64,000 bases of DNA from an uncultured bacterium (GCA_963777505.1 CAVZQN010000003.1:352001-416000), one strand, 5' to 3'. Counted from the first letter of the stretch, positions 46,941 to 58,769 are shown. The notes: generated by a model not told the origin, from the letters alone. Translations and numbers: made by a program.

Positions 46941-46960
46941 TCTCTAACTTAAGTTAGAGA
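46941..46960. promoter_or_regulatory. Perfect 20-bp palindrome (candidate operator)
   Basis: TCTCTAACTT|AAGTTAGAGA in the divergent intergenic region. Confidence 0.5.
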
Positions 46961-47173
46961 GACTTTTGACGTCTTATCTCTCGAGAGGTTTTACATCTGC
47001 TGTCGGCCGCTCCCAGCGTATAGCTTGGCTTCGAAAAAAGCGGGGAAATTCTGATGCCTTTACCCTGATCCGTCGGGGCGAGAACTCCATATTTGAGTTA
47101 TACTTATGTAAGCAGAAATCTGGATGCCCATCCAGTCTGTGAACATATAAAATCATTTCTGGAGAATCTCTGA

Positions 47174-49009
47174 ATGTCTGTAAAGGAAAAGAAAGACCTA
47201 CAGGAAGTAACGATCCGGTTTGCTGGGGACTCTGGCGACGGAATGCAGGTTACTGGAACGCAATTTACGAATACTTCTGCCGTTTTCGGCAATGATATCA
47301 GTACTTTACCTGATTTTCCCGCTGAAATCCGGGCACCTGCAGGATCGCTTCCTGGCGTAAGCGGTTTTCAACTTCATTTCAGCAGCCGCGACATCCGAAC
47401 ACCAGGTGATGAACCGAACGTTCTGGTTGCGATGAACCCAGCAGCGCTCCGTGTCAATCTTGCGGATCTCGAATCAGGCGGGATCCTGATCGTAAATTCG
47501 GACGCATTTTCTGCGAACAATTTGAAGAAAGCAGGTTATACAGGCAATCCAATCGAAGATGGAAGCCTTTCAGGCTATCGATTATTTTCTTTGCCGATTA
47601 CCAGTCTGAATGCGAATGCGCTAACAGAAACAACGCTCGCGAAAAAAGAAATAGATCGATGCAAGAATTTCTTTGCCCTTGGAATTTTGTACTGGCTTTA
47701 CGATCGTCCAATGAAAGTCACTTTGGATTGGATCGATATGCGTTTCAAAAAGTCGCCGGAAATCGCAAAGGCGAATGCGCTTTCTTTGAAAGCTGGATAT
47801 TACTATGGCGAAACGACCGAACTTTTCACAACACATTATCGAGTTGAAAAGGCAAAGCTGGCGCCGGGTAAATATAGAAACATTACAGGCAATGAAGCGA
47901 CTGCGATCGGACTGATTACAGCATCGCAGCTTGCTGGACGTCCGTTATTTTATGCAAGTTATCCGATCACACCGGCGAGTGACATCCTTCATGAATTATC
48001 GAAGCATCAAAACTTCGGTGTAAAAAGTTTCCAGGCGGAAGATGAAATTGCTGCAATGGGAGCTGCAATAGGCGCTTCATTCTCCGGTTACTTGGGATTG
48101 ACTGGAACGAGCGGTCCTGGATTGTGTTTGAAATCGGAAGGGTTGAATCTTGCTGTGATGACGGAACTTCCGGTTGTTGTTGTTGACGTTCAGCGAGGCG
48201 GTCCAAGCACAGGTCTTCCAACCAAGACAGAACAAGCTGATCTTCTGCAAGCGATGTATGGACGCAATAGCGAATCACCTGTCGCAATTGTCGCGCCTTC
48301 AACTCCAAGCGATTGTTTCACGATGGCGATTGAAGCATGGCGGATTGCAATTAAGTATATGACCCCCGTTCTCTATCTTTCTGATGGATATCTCGCGAAT
48401 GGTTCGGAGCCATGGCAAATTCCAATAGTGGAGAATCTGCCCAAGATTGAAGTGAATTTCCGCACTGACCCCGAAGGATTTTTTCCATATTCACGTGATG
48501 AACAAACGTTAGCACGTCCGTGGGCAATTCCTGGAACTCCTGGTCTTGAGCATCGGATTGGCGGATTGGAAAAGCAAAACATAACGGGAAATGTAAGTTA
48601 TGATCCTGAAAATCACGATCTTATGGTTCGATTGCGAGCTGAAAAGATTGCCAGGATTGCAAACGATATTCCGGATATCGAAGTGCTCGGTGAACGTGAA
48701 GGCGAAGTTCTGGTTGTTGGTTGGGGAGGAACTTATGGCGCTCTGACTGCAGCAGTTGAAGAATGTCGTGGAAGGAATCTCTCCGTTTCAAGTATCCATT
48801 TACGTCATTTGAATCCGTTCCCAAAAAATCTTGGAGATATTCTTGGAAGGTTCGAAAAGATTCTGATTCCTGAATTGAATCTCGGCCAACTTGCACTGTT
48901 ATTGCGTGCAAAATTCCTTGTGCCTGCAATCAGTTTTACTAAAGTCAAAGGCAAGCCATTCAAAATTTCTGAAATTATCGATCAGATCGAAGAAACACTG
49001 GAGAAATAA
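47174..49009 (+). CDS. korA: 2-oxoacid:ferredoxin oxidoreductase subunit alpha
   Basis: [42 protein letters not shown]. Confidence 0.95.
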   Translation: MSVKEKKDLQEVTIRFAGDSGDGMQVTGTQFTNTSAVFGNDISTLPDFPAEIRAPAGSLPGVSGFQLHFSSRDIRTPGDEPNVLVAMNPAALRVNLADLESGGILIVNSDAFSANNLKKAGYTGNPIEDGSLSGYRLFSLPITSLNANALTETTLAKKEIDRCKNFFALGILYWLYDRPMKVTLDWIDMRFKKSPEIAKANALSLKAGYYYGETTELFTTHYRVEKAKLAPGKYRNITGNEATAIGLITASQLAGRPLFYASYPITPASDILHELSKHQNFGVKSFQAEDEIAAMGAAIGASFSGYLGLTGTSGPGLCLKSEGLNLAVMTELPVVVVDVQRGGPSTGLPTKTEQADLLQAMYGRNSESPVAIVAPSTPSDCFTMAIEAWRIAIKYMTPVLYLSDGYLANGSEPWQIPIVENLPKIEVNFRTDPEGFFPYSRDEQTLARPWAIPGTPGLEHRIGGLEKQNITGNVSYDPENHDLMVRLRAEKIARIANDIPDIEVLGEREGEVLVVGWGGTYGALTAAVEECRGRNLSVSSIHLRHLNPFPKNLGDILGRFEKILIPELNLGQLALLLRAKFLVPAISFTKVKGKPFKISEIIDQIEETLEK

Positions 49010-49011
49010 AT

Positions 49012-50034
49012 ATGAGTACGACAGCTGCGCCGCAGCCATTAACCCGAAAAGATTTTGAATCCGATCAGGAAATTCGTTGGTGTCCTGGTTGTGGTGATTA
49101 TTCAATTCTGGCTCAAACCCAGAAAGTACTTCCGGAGCTTGATGTGCCTCGCGAAAATTTCGTGTTTGTCTCCGGAATCGGTTGTTCAAGCCGCTTTCCG
49201 TATTATGTGAACACATACGGCTTTCACAGCATTCATGGCCGCGCTCCCGCGATTGCAACCGGAGTTAAAGCAAGCCGTCCAGATTTATACGTGTGGGTTG
49301 TTACCGGTGACGGCGATGGCTTAAGCATCGGTGGAAACCATTTAATCCACTGTATCCGGCGAAACGTGGATCTCAAGATCATCCTTTTTAACAACCGGAT
49401 TTACGGTTTAACAAAAGGGCAATATTCTCCGACTTCCGAATTCGGCAAAAAAACAAAATCAACACCAATGGGTTCGATTGACTATCCGGTGAATCCACTT
49501 CATCTTGCAATTGCTGCCGAAGCTACATTTGTCGCTCGCTCTTTCGATATCGACACAAAACATCTTCAAGAGATTTTAGTCCGTGCTGCAAAACACAAAG
49601 GAACGGCATTCGTTGAAGTATTTCAGAATTGCAACATCTTCAATGATGGTGCGTTCAAAGGATTTACTGATAAAGACGTTCGCGATGACCGTGTCGTTTA
49701 CGTTCAACATGGCAAACCACTCGTATTCGGTAAGAATCACGATAAGGGGCTAAGGTTGAATGGAACAGACCTTGAAGTCGTAACTTTAGGTAACGGCGTT
49801 AGCGAAGCAGACCTGCTTGTCTATAATGAAGAAGATCCAAGTCCTGTCATGTCTTATCTTGTTTCAGGACTCGAATTTCCACATTTTCCTGTGCCAGTTG
49901 GAGTGTTCCGCAGTATCCTTAAACCAACTTACGATCAATTGATGGAAGCTCAAGTTCAAAGATCAATTGAAATGCACGGGAAGGGAGATCTGGAAAAATT
50001 GTTCAACGCTGGCGATACCTGGACTGTAGAATAG
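49012..50034 (+). CDS. korB: 2-oxoacid:ferredoxin oxidoreductase subunit beta
   Basis: WCPGCGD, SGIGCSSR, HGRA, GDGD..SIGGNH, YGLTKGQYSPT. Confidence 0.95.
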   Translation: MSTTAAPQPLTRKDFESDQEIRWCPGCGDYSILAQTQKVLPELDVPRENFVFVSGIGCSSRFPYYVNTYGFHSIHGRAPAIATGVKASRPDLYVWVVTGDGDGLSIGGNHLIHCIRRNVDLKIILFNNRIYGLTKGQYSPTSEFGKKTKSTPMGSIDYPVNPLHLAIAAEATFVARSFDIDTKHLQEILVRAAKHKGTAFVEVFQNCNIFNDGAFKGFTDKDVRDDRVVYVQHGKPLVFGKNHDKGLRLNGTDLEVVTLGNGVSEADLLVYNEEDPSPVMSYLVSGLEFPHFPVPVGVFRSILKPTYDQLMEAQVQRSIEMHGKGDLEKLFNAGDTWTVE

Positions 50035-50048
50035 CTTTCGTTTTTTGA

Positions 50049-51236
50049 ATGAAACAATTCGCAATTGCAAGCCTGATCTTTTTTCTCTTTACAGGTTTTT
50101 TACACGCCACTATCCACGAGATTTCTTCTCCTTCTGGAAAAGACAGTCAGACTCCTTTTCTATTTGCGTCAGAAAAAAGCTTGTATATGACCTGGCTCGA
50201 AAAAACATCGAATGGTCATGCGCTGAAGTTTTCAAAATATGATGGCAAGAGTTGGAGTCAGCCATCTGTAATTGCATCCGACATTCCATTCTTTGTTAAT
50301 TGGGCTGATTTTCCGTCTTTGCTGGCTCTAGATGGGGGCATGCTCGCTGCACATTGGTTACAACAGAGTGGAAAAGGGAAATATGCATACGATGTCATGA
50401 TCAGTGTTTCAAAAGACGATGGAAAGACGTGGAGCAAGGGGATTTGTCCGCATCGTGACGGAGTGCAAGGAGAGCATGGATTTGTTTCTTTGATTCCTGC
50501 GCCGGCCGGTGGTTTTGAAGCGATCTGGCTGGATTCACGAAAGTTTAATCAAAGTGACACACATTCAATGGGAAATGAAATGCAGCTTATGAGTTCAATT
50601 TATTCGAATGGCGCATTTCAATCTGAGTCTGTATTAGACGCCCGTGTTTGTGATTGCTGTCAGACAGCGGCAGCAATTACCGATCAAGGTCCAATCGTAA
50701 TGTATCGGGACCGATCGGATACTGAAGTTCGCGATATCTCGTACGTACGGCGTGAAGGTGGTAAGTGGACTTCCCCCACGAGTGTGCATTCTGATCAATG
50801 GAAAATTGCAGCATGTCCTGTGAATGGTCCGGCAGTCGCTGCAAACGGAAAAAATGTTGCCGCTACATGGTTTACAGCCTCCGGAGATAAGCCGCAAGTA
50901 TATGTAAGCTTTTCATCAAATGCCGGTGCGACATTCGGAACACCGATCCGGATCGACAGCGGAAATCCAGGCGGCCGTGTTGATGTGAAATGGACTCAAA
51001 ACGGAAATGCATTCGTAACCTGGCTGGAAAACAAGAGCGGAAGCGGCGCGGATATTATGGTTCGAAAATTTATTGGCGAAAAGGCCGAGCGTTCTATTGT
51101 TGTTGCTCCTTCATCTTCAGCGCGGGCTAGCGGTTTTCCGAGACTCGCAGCATGGGGAAACGGCGTAATCGTTGCCTGGACTTATGTTGGTGATAACACA
51201 ACATCCATAAAATTGGCGCTAATCTCTGTGCCTTAG
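50049..51236 (+). CDS. Exported BNR/Asp-box (sialidase-like) beta-propeller protein
   Basis: Signal peptide, NWADFP, SKDDGKTWS, WLDSR, CDCC, CPVNGP, SSNAGATF. Confidence 0.85.
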   Translation: MKQFAIASLIFFLFTGFLHATIHEISSPSGKDSQTPFLFASEKSLYMTWLEKTSNGHALKFSKYDGKSWSQPSVIASDIPFFVNWADFPSLLALDGGMLAAHWLQQSGKGKYAYDVMISVSKDDGKTWSKGICPHRDGVQGEHGFVSLIPAPAGGFEAIWLDSRKFNQSDTHSMGNEMQLMSSIYSNGAFQSESVLDARVCDCCQTAAAITDQGPIVMYRDRSDTEVRDISYVRREGGKWTSPTSVHSDQWKIAACPVNGPAVAANGKNVAATWFTASGDKPQVYVSFSSNAGATFGTPIRIDSGNPGGRVDVKWTQNGNAFVTWLENKSGSGADIMVRKFIGEKAERSIVVAPSSSARASGFPRLAAWGNGVIVAWTYVGDNTTSIKLALISVP

Positions 51237-51247
51237 CGGTAAAAAAA

Positions 51248-51706
51248 ATGAAATTCGTAGCAGACGCTATGTTGGGCCGTCTTGCACGCTTTATGCGTTT
51301 TGCAGGGTATGACGTTGAATACGATTCAAAAGCGACCGACGATTTCCTGTTCAACCGCGCCCGCTATAGAATGCTTTTAACGCGAGACCGCGAACTTGCA
51401 ACGCGTGCTGCAAAAAGAAAGATATATTTCGTTGAAACTACAGGCGCAGAAAATCAACTCCAAGAAATTCAGGATCAATTTCCGCTGCGAAATGCCAGCC
51501 CTCGCTGCCTGATTTGCAATCACCCTATTCTGCGAATCTCAAAGGAAAAGGTCAGCCATCTGGTTCCTCCATTTGTATATCGAACTCAGCAGCAATTCTT
51601 TCGCTGCAGGCAATGCAATCGAATCTATTGGAAAGGAACGCATTTTGAACGCCTCTCACGTGTGATACAATTCGATCCGAAGCGCAAAGTCCAGCTCCAT
51701 GAATGA
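51248..51706 (+). CDS. Mut7-C RNase domain (DUF82) protein
   Basis: F.AD.MLGRLAR.MR..GYD, LLTRD, RCLICN, C..C.RIYW.G.H. Confidence 0.9.
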   Translation: MKFVADAMLGRLARFMRFAGYDVEYDSKATDDFLFNRARYRMLLTRDRELATRAAKRKIYFVETTGAENQLQEIQDQFPLRNASPRCLICNHPILRISKEKVSHLVPPFVYRTQQQFFRCRQCNRIYWKGTHFERLSRVIQFDPKRKVQLHE

Positions 51707-51735
51707 CTTTGAGCGGGGGAACTCAGATCTGAGAG

Positions 51736-53007
51736 ATGGCTCGCATCATACCGGTATCATCCGGAAAAGGTGGCGTTGGAAAAACGACGTTCGCAATCCA
51801 CTACGCTCTCGTTCTCGCCCGTTTCGGGCGCACAATCCTGATCGATCTTGATTTTGGCACATCCAGCGTTCGAAATAGTATCGACGTTCCCGTTCCAAAC
51901 GACCTTTATCATTTCTTCCGAAAAAATGTTCCGCTTCAAGATTGCATTACACCACTGAATTCTCGTCTGGATCCTCAGCAGCGTTATAGCAATTTTGGAT
52001 TCATCGCCTCGCCCAAAGGATTGATCGAAGACTTAATGAACTTTGATGAGTTCCAAAAAGGACGCTTGATCCGGGCAATTAACTCTCTTCAAGCCGACTA
52101 TATCGTGCTTGATTTAAAAGCGGGGGTCGATGCACGCGTTCTGGACTTCCTGCCACATGCAAATACAGGGGTGATCGTATTTACGCCGTTGGTGCCATCG
52201 GCAATCTATGCTGCTTCTGAAATGGTAAAGCATTTAATTTTGCGCAAACTAAAAGCACTTTTTAACTACGAATCATTTTTATTACGCAGCGGAATCTCGC
52301 AGCATCAAATTGCAAAATACTTGCATCACATTGAATCGATGGAAGACATCTATGAGGCGAAAGAACAAAACTTAGAGGAATTCCTTTCTCTTTTGCAGGT
52401 TGAAATAGACAATGAAACAGTTCTTGCCATGCTTGGAAATGTAATTCGTGATTTCAAAATCTATTACGTCCTGAATCGGTTCAATAGCGTCACCGACAGC
52501 GTTGAAAAAATTATTAGACCTTTTACAAAATCGATTCATGATGCAATTTCGCCCCATTTAAAGATGATCAACCTCGGTTGGATCATAGAGGACGATCGGT
52601 TTTTAAAATCAGCCACCCAACGTATTCCACTATTACTTCAGCAACCGGCAGAAGCTGCTCAGAAACCAGATGCTCGAAAAATGGAATTGACTATGCTGAA
52701 TCAATGGATGGCAGAACTTAAAAAAGAATTTGCACCACTTCCCAAACCGGCACGTTCAGGTTCCGGAACATCAGTCGTTGCAGCACAAAAAATAGCAGTT
52801 TCAAAGGATCCTCTGGAACAACAGTTGAATCTATTGAAAACGATGTTTGCAAATCAGGATCGAAAGGATTTTAAAATAAATTTTGACTACATTACCCAGA
52901 GGAGTCTCCATTTAATGCGGCATGGACGTTTTGATGATTTTGGCGATGTAAAACTATTTGCAACTCTTCAGGATCGTGCCGAGGCAATCTCCACCCGCTG
53001 GCACTAA
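51736..53007 (+). CDS. MinD/FlhG-like ParA-family ATPase with insertions
   Basis: SGKGGVGKTT, IDLD, DYIVLDL.AG; helical insertion and long C-terminal extension. Confidence 0.85.
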   Translation: MARIIPVSSGKGGVGKTTFAIHYALVLARFGRTILIDLDFGTSSVRNSIDVPVPNDLYHFFRKNVPLQDCITPLNSRLDPQQRYSNFGFIASPKGLIEDLMNFDEFQKGRLIRAINSLQADYIVLDLKAGVDARVLDFLPHANTGVIVFTPLVPSAIYAASEMVKHLILRKLKALFNYESFLLRSGISQHQIAKYLHHIESMEDIYEAKEQNLEEFLSLLQVEIDNETVLAMLGNVIRDFKIYYVLNRFNSVTDSVEKIIRPFTKSIHDAISPHLKMINLGWIIEDDRFLKSATQRIPLLLQQPAEAAQKPDARKMELTMLNQWMAELKKEFAPLPKPARSGSGTSVVAAQKIAVSKDPLEQQLNLLKTMFANQDRKDFKINFDYITQRSLHLMRHGRFDDFGDVKLFATLQDRAEAISTRWH

Positions 53008-53095
53008 CAATCCTTTGTGTCTTTGTGGTAAAAAGTTTGTAGCAATCTTTGAATAACGTATGACCTTGAGGGTAAGTAGTTTGTTATGCAAAGAT

Positions 53096-53120
53096 GTAGG
53101 GGCGGGTCTAAGACCCGCCC
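53096..53120 (+). repeat. GTAG-family REP
   Basis: GTAGGGGCGGGTCTAAGACCCGCCC. Confidence 0.88.
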
Positions 53121-53126
53121 AAAGAA

Positions 53127-54224
53127 TTACGGATTCTCGATCAAGCCGAATGAAGTTTCATTAGAAGACTGTTCTTGATGTCGTTCTAGACCAAGCTCCA
53201 ATAAACGATCGAGCAACTCTGCGAATGAAAGACCGCTCACTTCCCAGAGCTTCGGATACATGCTTATATTTGTAAATCCTGGAATCGTATTAATTTCATT
53301 CAGATAAAACTTACCAGTGCCTCGTTCCAGAAATAAATCGACACGACCCATTCCTGAGCAACCAATTGCGCGAAAGGAACGGATCGATAGTTCTTGTACT
53401 TTTGCGATTTGTTCTTCACTTAACTTCGCCGGAACAAATAATTCAGTGCTGTCTTCAATATATTTGGCAACATAATCGTAGAATTCTCTTTTCGGCGCGA
53501 TTTCGCCTGGCAGTGATGCTTTCGGTTGTTCGTTGCCCAATACAGAGCATTCAATTTCTCTCGCATCAATCCCTTGCTCAACAATGATTTTTGAATCATA
53601 ACGTGCAGCATCTTGAATTGCCCCATTCAGTTCTTCACGGTTATGAGCTTTTGTAATTCCTACACTCGATCCAAGGTTGACAGGTTTTGTAAAAACCGGG
53701 TAGGTTAAACTTTTTTCAATTGTATTGATGCAGTTCTCGGGAGATTGTTTCCAGTCACTTCTGTAAAACCACACGTAAGCTGCAACAGGCAAATCATTTT
53801 GCACGAAAAGCGCCTTCATTATGGTTTTATCCATTCCTGCAGCCGAGGCAGAGACATTCGCTCCAACATATGGAATCCCGGTACTTTCAAGAAGTCCCTG
53901 AATAATTCCGTCTTCACCAAACGTTCCATGAAGAATTGGAAATGCGATATCGATCTGAAGTTGAGCTTTTAATGTGCTCAGAGCCGGACGATCTATACCA
54001 GGATACAAAAAGACACGTTCTTGCGTCTTTACTGTGTTAGGCAGGGATTCAGTATGTTCGTCAACTCGCCACCAAAACCCTTGTTTATCAATGAAAATTG
54101 GAAACACACTGTGTGTCTTTCTCAACACAGCATGAATCGACCGTGCAGATCGGACTGAGATTTCATGTTCTCCTGATCTGCCACCATATAACAAAGCAAC
54201 TCGTAAAGGCTTCATTTGAAACAT
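53127..54224 (-). CDS. ddl: D-alanine--D-alanine ligase (start may be 54215)
   Basis: GGRSGEHEIS, LHGTFGEDG, GSSVG, REIEC, FYDY.AKY, NEINTIPGFT. Confidence 0.97.
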   Translation of the reverse strand: MFQMKPLRVALLYGGRSGEHEISVRSARSIHAVLRKTHSVFPIFIDKQGFWWRVDEHTESLPNTVKTQERVFLYPGIDRPALSTLKAQLQIDIAFPILHGTFGEDGIIQGLLESTGIPYVGANVSASAAGMDKTIMKALFVQNDLPVAAYVWFYRSDWKQSPENCINTIEKSLTYPVFTKPVNLGSSVGITKAHNREELNGAIQDAARYDSKIIVEQGIDAREIECSVLGNEQPKASLPGEIAPKREFYDYVAKYIEDSTELFVPAKLSEEQIAKVQELSIRSFRAIGCSGMGRVDLFLERGTGKFYLNEINTIPGFTNISMYPKLWEVSGLSFAELLDRLLELGLERHQEQSSNETSFGLIENP

Positions 54225-54271
54225 CCTCTCAGCAAAAACATTGCCAGAACTTTGCGTCTTTGTGGTTAGTT

Positions 54272-55219
54272 TTAGCTTTCCTGGTAGTAGCCCATTTTAC
54301 GAAATTTTTCGTATCGTATATGAGTTCGATCGTTCCACGGCAAAACGCTCACTTCATTTAAATGTCTGCTTAAACTTTGCTGAATCAGACTGGCGGCTTG
54401 ATCATAATCTGCATGAGCGGCACCAAGTGGTTCAGGAATAATTTCATCGATTAAACCCAGATTTTTCAAATCGATAGCTGTCAGGTGAAGATTGTGTGCA
54501 GCTTCTTCCGCTTTCCCTGCATCCTTCCATAAGATGGATGCGCACCCTTCGGGCGAAATTACTGAATAGATGGAATACTGTAGCATGAGCACACGATCTG
54601 TAACTCCGAGCGCCAGCGCACCGCCGCTTCCGCCTTCACCGATCACAACGGCGACTGAAGGGATTTTTAAACGTGCCATTTCACGCAGATTCAGTGCGAT
54701 TGCTTCTGATTGTCCACGTTCTTCGGCGCCGATTCCTGGATATGCTCCGGGAGTATCAATGAACGTAACCACAGGTTTTTTGTATTTTTCTGCCAGTTTC
54801 ATAAGTCGTAATGCCTTACGATACCCTTCAGGATTTGCCATTCCGAAGTTTCTGATAATCCGTTGCTTAGAATCGCGCCCTTTTTGATGTCCGATCACCA
54901 TGACAGTTTGATCCTGAAACGTTGCGAATCCACCGACAATTGCATGATCATCCGCAAAACGTCGATCACCATGAAGTTCCATGAAATCGGGAAAGAGCCG
55001 CTGAAGATAATCCAACGTATGAGGACGCTGCGGATGGCGCGCGACCATTGTAATTTCCCAGGGATTTAGATTTGAATAGATTTCACGTCTAAATCGGGCA
55101 AGCTTAGTCTTAAGCTTTTCTAGACGCTCAGCCGTGTCGGGTCTGTCGGAAAAAATGCTAAGTTGCTCGATTTCTTTGAGCAAATCGACAATTGGAGCTT
55201 CAAAATTATAATTACCCAT
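54272..55219 (-). CDS. accA: Acetyl-CoA carboxylase carboxyltransferase alpha
   Basis: ARHPQRP, ELHGDR, PEGYRKALR, DTPGAYPG, GEGGSGGALA. Confidence 0.98.
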   Translation of the reverse strand: MGNYNFEAPIVDLLKEIEQLSIFSDRPDTAERLEKLKTKLARFRREIYSNLNPWEITMVARHPQRPHTLDYLQRLFPDFMELHGDRRFADDHAIVGGFATFQDQTVMVIGHQKGRDSKQRIIRNFGMANPEGYRKALRLMKLAEKYKKPVVTFIDTPGAYPGIGAEERGQSEAIALNLREMARLKIPSVAVVIGEGGSGGALALGVTDRVLMLQYSIYSVISPEGCASILWKDAGKAEEAAHNLHLTAIDLKNLGLIDEIIPEPLGAAHADYDQAASLIQQSLSRHLNEVSVLPWNDRTHIRYEKFRKMGYYQES

Positions 55220-55227
55220 AGATTAAG

Positions 55228-55270
55228 AAACCGCAGAAAACGCCGAGTAGATCTGCGTTCTCTGCGGTTT
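55228..55270. repeat. Palindromic ACCGCAGA-family repeat
   Basis: AAACCGCAGAAAACGCCGAG...CTGCGTTCTCTGCGGTTT. Confidence 0.75.
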
Positions 55271-55304
55271 CAACCTATTTTACATCAACTGAGAGGGGGG
55301 ACGT

Positions 55305-58300
55305 TTAGAACTCAAAACAGCCAGGTCCCAGAAGCTCCTCGAGTGCAAACAGAAATTCACGCGTAGGAGATATCCGGAAAGTTGGACCTGCCTGCAGATT
55401 TGCGACAAATTCAGGCTTTTTGAGAATAAAAGTAAGGTTACATTCACCGCGATGCTGCTCAACTATATTCCTGAGCCGCTCAATCTTTTCATTTTCCATA
55501 CCTGGAAGATAAACATTGATCTTAAGCTGCTGCGAGAGCTTTTCTCTGGCATCTTTTAAGAGAATAATATCGGACGCAATCAGGTTCATTGAGTCTTCTT
55601 TTAAATCTAATCGGCCTTTCACTACCAATTCCGCCTCTTCTTCTATAAACATCATATTATTCTTATAGAGTTCAGGGAAAATAATGGTCTCAATCATTCC
55701 AGTTAGATCTTCGAGTTCAACATATGCCATGAGATCCCCTTTGCGGGTTCTAACCTGTTTGATATGACCTACGATTCCACCAACAAGGGCTTCACGGCCG
55801 TCCCATGTGTTATCAATCGATTCGATTGAAGTCGTAAATGTGTCAAGTGTCTCGCGATATTTATGCAGTGGATGTCCGGAAATGTAGAACCCCAGAGTTT
55901 CTTTTTCATGAGCCAGCTTTTCTTGTGGATCAAAATCATCAATTCCATAATTTACGGCTGAGCCTGAACCGATATCATCCATATCAAACAGGAAAGCCTG
56001 ATTTGCATTCCTTTCCTTTCTCGCAATATTTTCAAGAATGCGATCCAATTGTTGAGACATCCCTTTTCGTGGAGCTTTGAAACCATCCATTGCGCCGCAA
56101 CGAATCAAACTTTCAACTACACGTTTATTTACTGTGCGTGAATCTACACGTTCATAAAATTCTTCGAGTGATCGGAAGGATGCAGTGGAACGCGCTCTAA
56201 TAATGGATTGAATTGCTGAACTCCCTACATTTTTTACTGCAGCAAGCCCAAATCGAACTGCATCTTGCTCAACCGAAAATTTTTCCCCGCTATCATTAAT
56301 ATCAGGTGGAAGGATTTTGATGCCCATTAGCCGGCATTCGTTAAAGTACTTCACGATTTCCTGGCGCTTTTCAATCTGGCTCGATAGAAGTGCTGCAATG
56401 AAAGGAAGTGGATAATATGTTTTCAAATATGCAGTTTGATATGCGACGAGTGCATAGGCTGTTGAATGCGACTTGTTAAATCCATATTGGGCAAACTTTT
56501 CCATTAAATCGAACAACTCGCCTGCTTTTGCTGTATTGAGGTTTCTTTCCGCAGCTCCTTTTATGAACTTTGCGCGTTGAGCTTGCATTACATCCATCTT
56601 CTTTTTTCCCATTGCGCGGCGAAGAAGATCGGCTTCACCCAGGCTGAATCCGCCAATTTTGCTGGCAATTTGCATAACCTGTTCCTGGTACACAATGATT
56701 CCGTATGTTTCTTTCAGGATCGGTTCAAGTTCTGGAAGTAAATATTGAATTCGCACTTTGCCGTGTTTTCGAGCAATACAATCTTCAAGCATTTGCATTG
56801 GGCCAGGCCTGAAGAGGGCATTCAGCATGATTAAGTCTTCAAAACGTTCGGGCTTAAACTTCCGTAGAAGATTTTTCATTCCCGAACTTTCAAACTGGAA
56901 CACTCCGTTTGTTTTACCTTCCGTAAAAATTTGATAAACCTTCGGATCGTCTAAAGGAATATCGAGGATTTTTATTTCCTGGCCTGTGATTTCACGGATG
57001 AGCTGCAGAGCGTCATCGATGATTGTGAAGGTTGCAACGCCCAGAAAATCCATTTTGAGAAGTCCGAGCCGCTCAAGGACTTTCATGTCGTATTGAGTTG
57101 TGATGACATCTTCCTTGCTGCGGAATAATGGAACAAGCTCCATCAGAGGTTTTGGAGCGATCACAACACCACCGGCATGGATCGATGCATTGCGCACAAG
57201 GCCTTCTAGTTTTCGTGCTGTATCCATCCAATCCAATACTTTTTCATCTTTCATGGCATCTTGAAGTTGAGGTGTGTTATGAATGGCAGATTCGAGATTG
57301 ATATGCAGTTCGTTTGGAATCATTTTCGCAATGCGGTCACATTGTGTATATGGATATTCCATCGCGCGCCCAACATCTCGCGTCACAACACGTGCTGCAA
57401 GTGTGTTGAAGGTTATGATTTGAGCGACGTTTTCGCGGCCGTATCTTTGCGTAACGTAATCGATCACTTCGCCACGGCGTCTTCCGCAGAAGTCGATATC
57501 GATATCAGGCATGCTAATGCGTTCCGGATTCAAAAAGCGTTCAAAGATGAGATCGTATTGTAATGGATCGATGTCGGTAATTTGCAGACAATAGGCGACT
57601 AATGATCCTGCAGCCGAACCGCGTCCAGGTCCAACGGGAATGCCATGCTCTTTTGCATACTTAATGAAGTCCCAGACGATCATGAAATAGCCTTCGAACC
57701 CCATTTGCTTGATCATGTTGATTTCGATAGATCAAACGTTGCTCATATTCCCAGATTGCATGCCGCAATTTATTTGCGGCAGAGGTTTTTGCCAATTCAG
57801 CTTTTCGAAATTCAAATCCATCGCGAACTGTGTGTTCGAAATAATCCGAGAGTGACAAGCCTTCTGGTACGGGAAACAAGGGCAGATGATAGCCAGTGCT
57901 GCGAAGATCTACATGACATCGTTTCCCGATCTCAGCGGCTGTCATTAAGGCTTGTGGCAGATCTTTAAAGACACGCGCCATTTCTTCGGGCGACTTAATG
58001 TAAAAACCTTCGGAACCAAACTTCATCCGGTTTTGTTCATTAATCGTCCGGTTCGTTTGAATGCAAAGCAGGATGTCATGCGCGCGATGATCTTCTTTAT
58101 TGATGTAGTGAGAATCGTTGGTTGCCACCAACGGAATCTCAAGCTTGGAAGACATTTCTAAGAGGCTTGTATTAATTCTGGTTTGATCGGCTAATCCGTG
58201 ATCCTGAATTTCAAGAAAATAATTTCCGACACCAAATATTTCTTGATATTGACCGGCAACCTTCATCGCATTTTTGACGTTGCCGGCAAGAAGATTCACC

Positions 58301-58737
58301 GCAACTTCACCGCTCAAGCATGCGCTGAGTACAACGAGACCTTTGCTGTGCTCTGCAAGTAATTCTTTATCGACGCGGGGTTTGTAGTAATAGCCTTCTA
58401 AATTCGCTTTCGATACTAGCTTTAGAAGATTGTGATATCCCTCGTTATTTTCGGCAAGGACCACAAGATGATAATTGTTTTCTTCCGTATCACTTGGCTT
58501 TCCGGTTTTATCAAAACGCGACACGGGTGCAACATACATTTCGCAGCCAATAATCGGTTTAACGCCTTTCTTGATTGCGAGATCATGAAATTCAACAGCA
58601 CCAAACATGTTGCCATGATCGGTGACGGCGACAGATGTCATACCTAGAGATGCGACCTTATCAATCAAGCGTTCAATTTTGCAGGCGCCATCTAGCAAGC
58701 TGTAATCAGAATGAAGGTGAAGGTGAGTGTAATCCAA
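55305..58737 (-). CDS. dnaE: DNA polymerase III alpha subunit, apparent +1 frameshift near 57730
   Basis: PHP domain (HLHLHSDYSLLDG, TDHG, ATNDSHY) in 57661-58737; GPGRGSAAGS, PDIDIDF, YGFNKSH and OB fold in 55305-57716. Removing one base gives EYEQRLxxEINMIKQMGF. Confidence 0.95.
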
Positions 58738-58769
58738 TCTCTATCTCTCTTTGTGTCTTTGCGGTTAAC

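Noticed and set aside
53047-53095. Long imperfect hairpin as a possible ncRNA
   Set aside because: It sits among repeats between convergent genes, matches no RNA family I recognise, and is more likely a 3'-end structure.
55305-58737. Split-intein or naturally split DnaE
   Set aside because: No intein motifs at the junction; a single-base deletion restores a continuous canonical DnaE.
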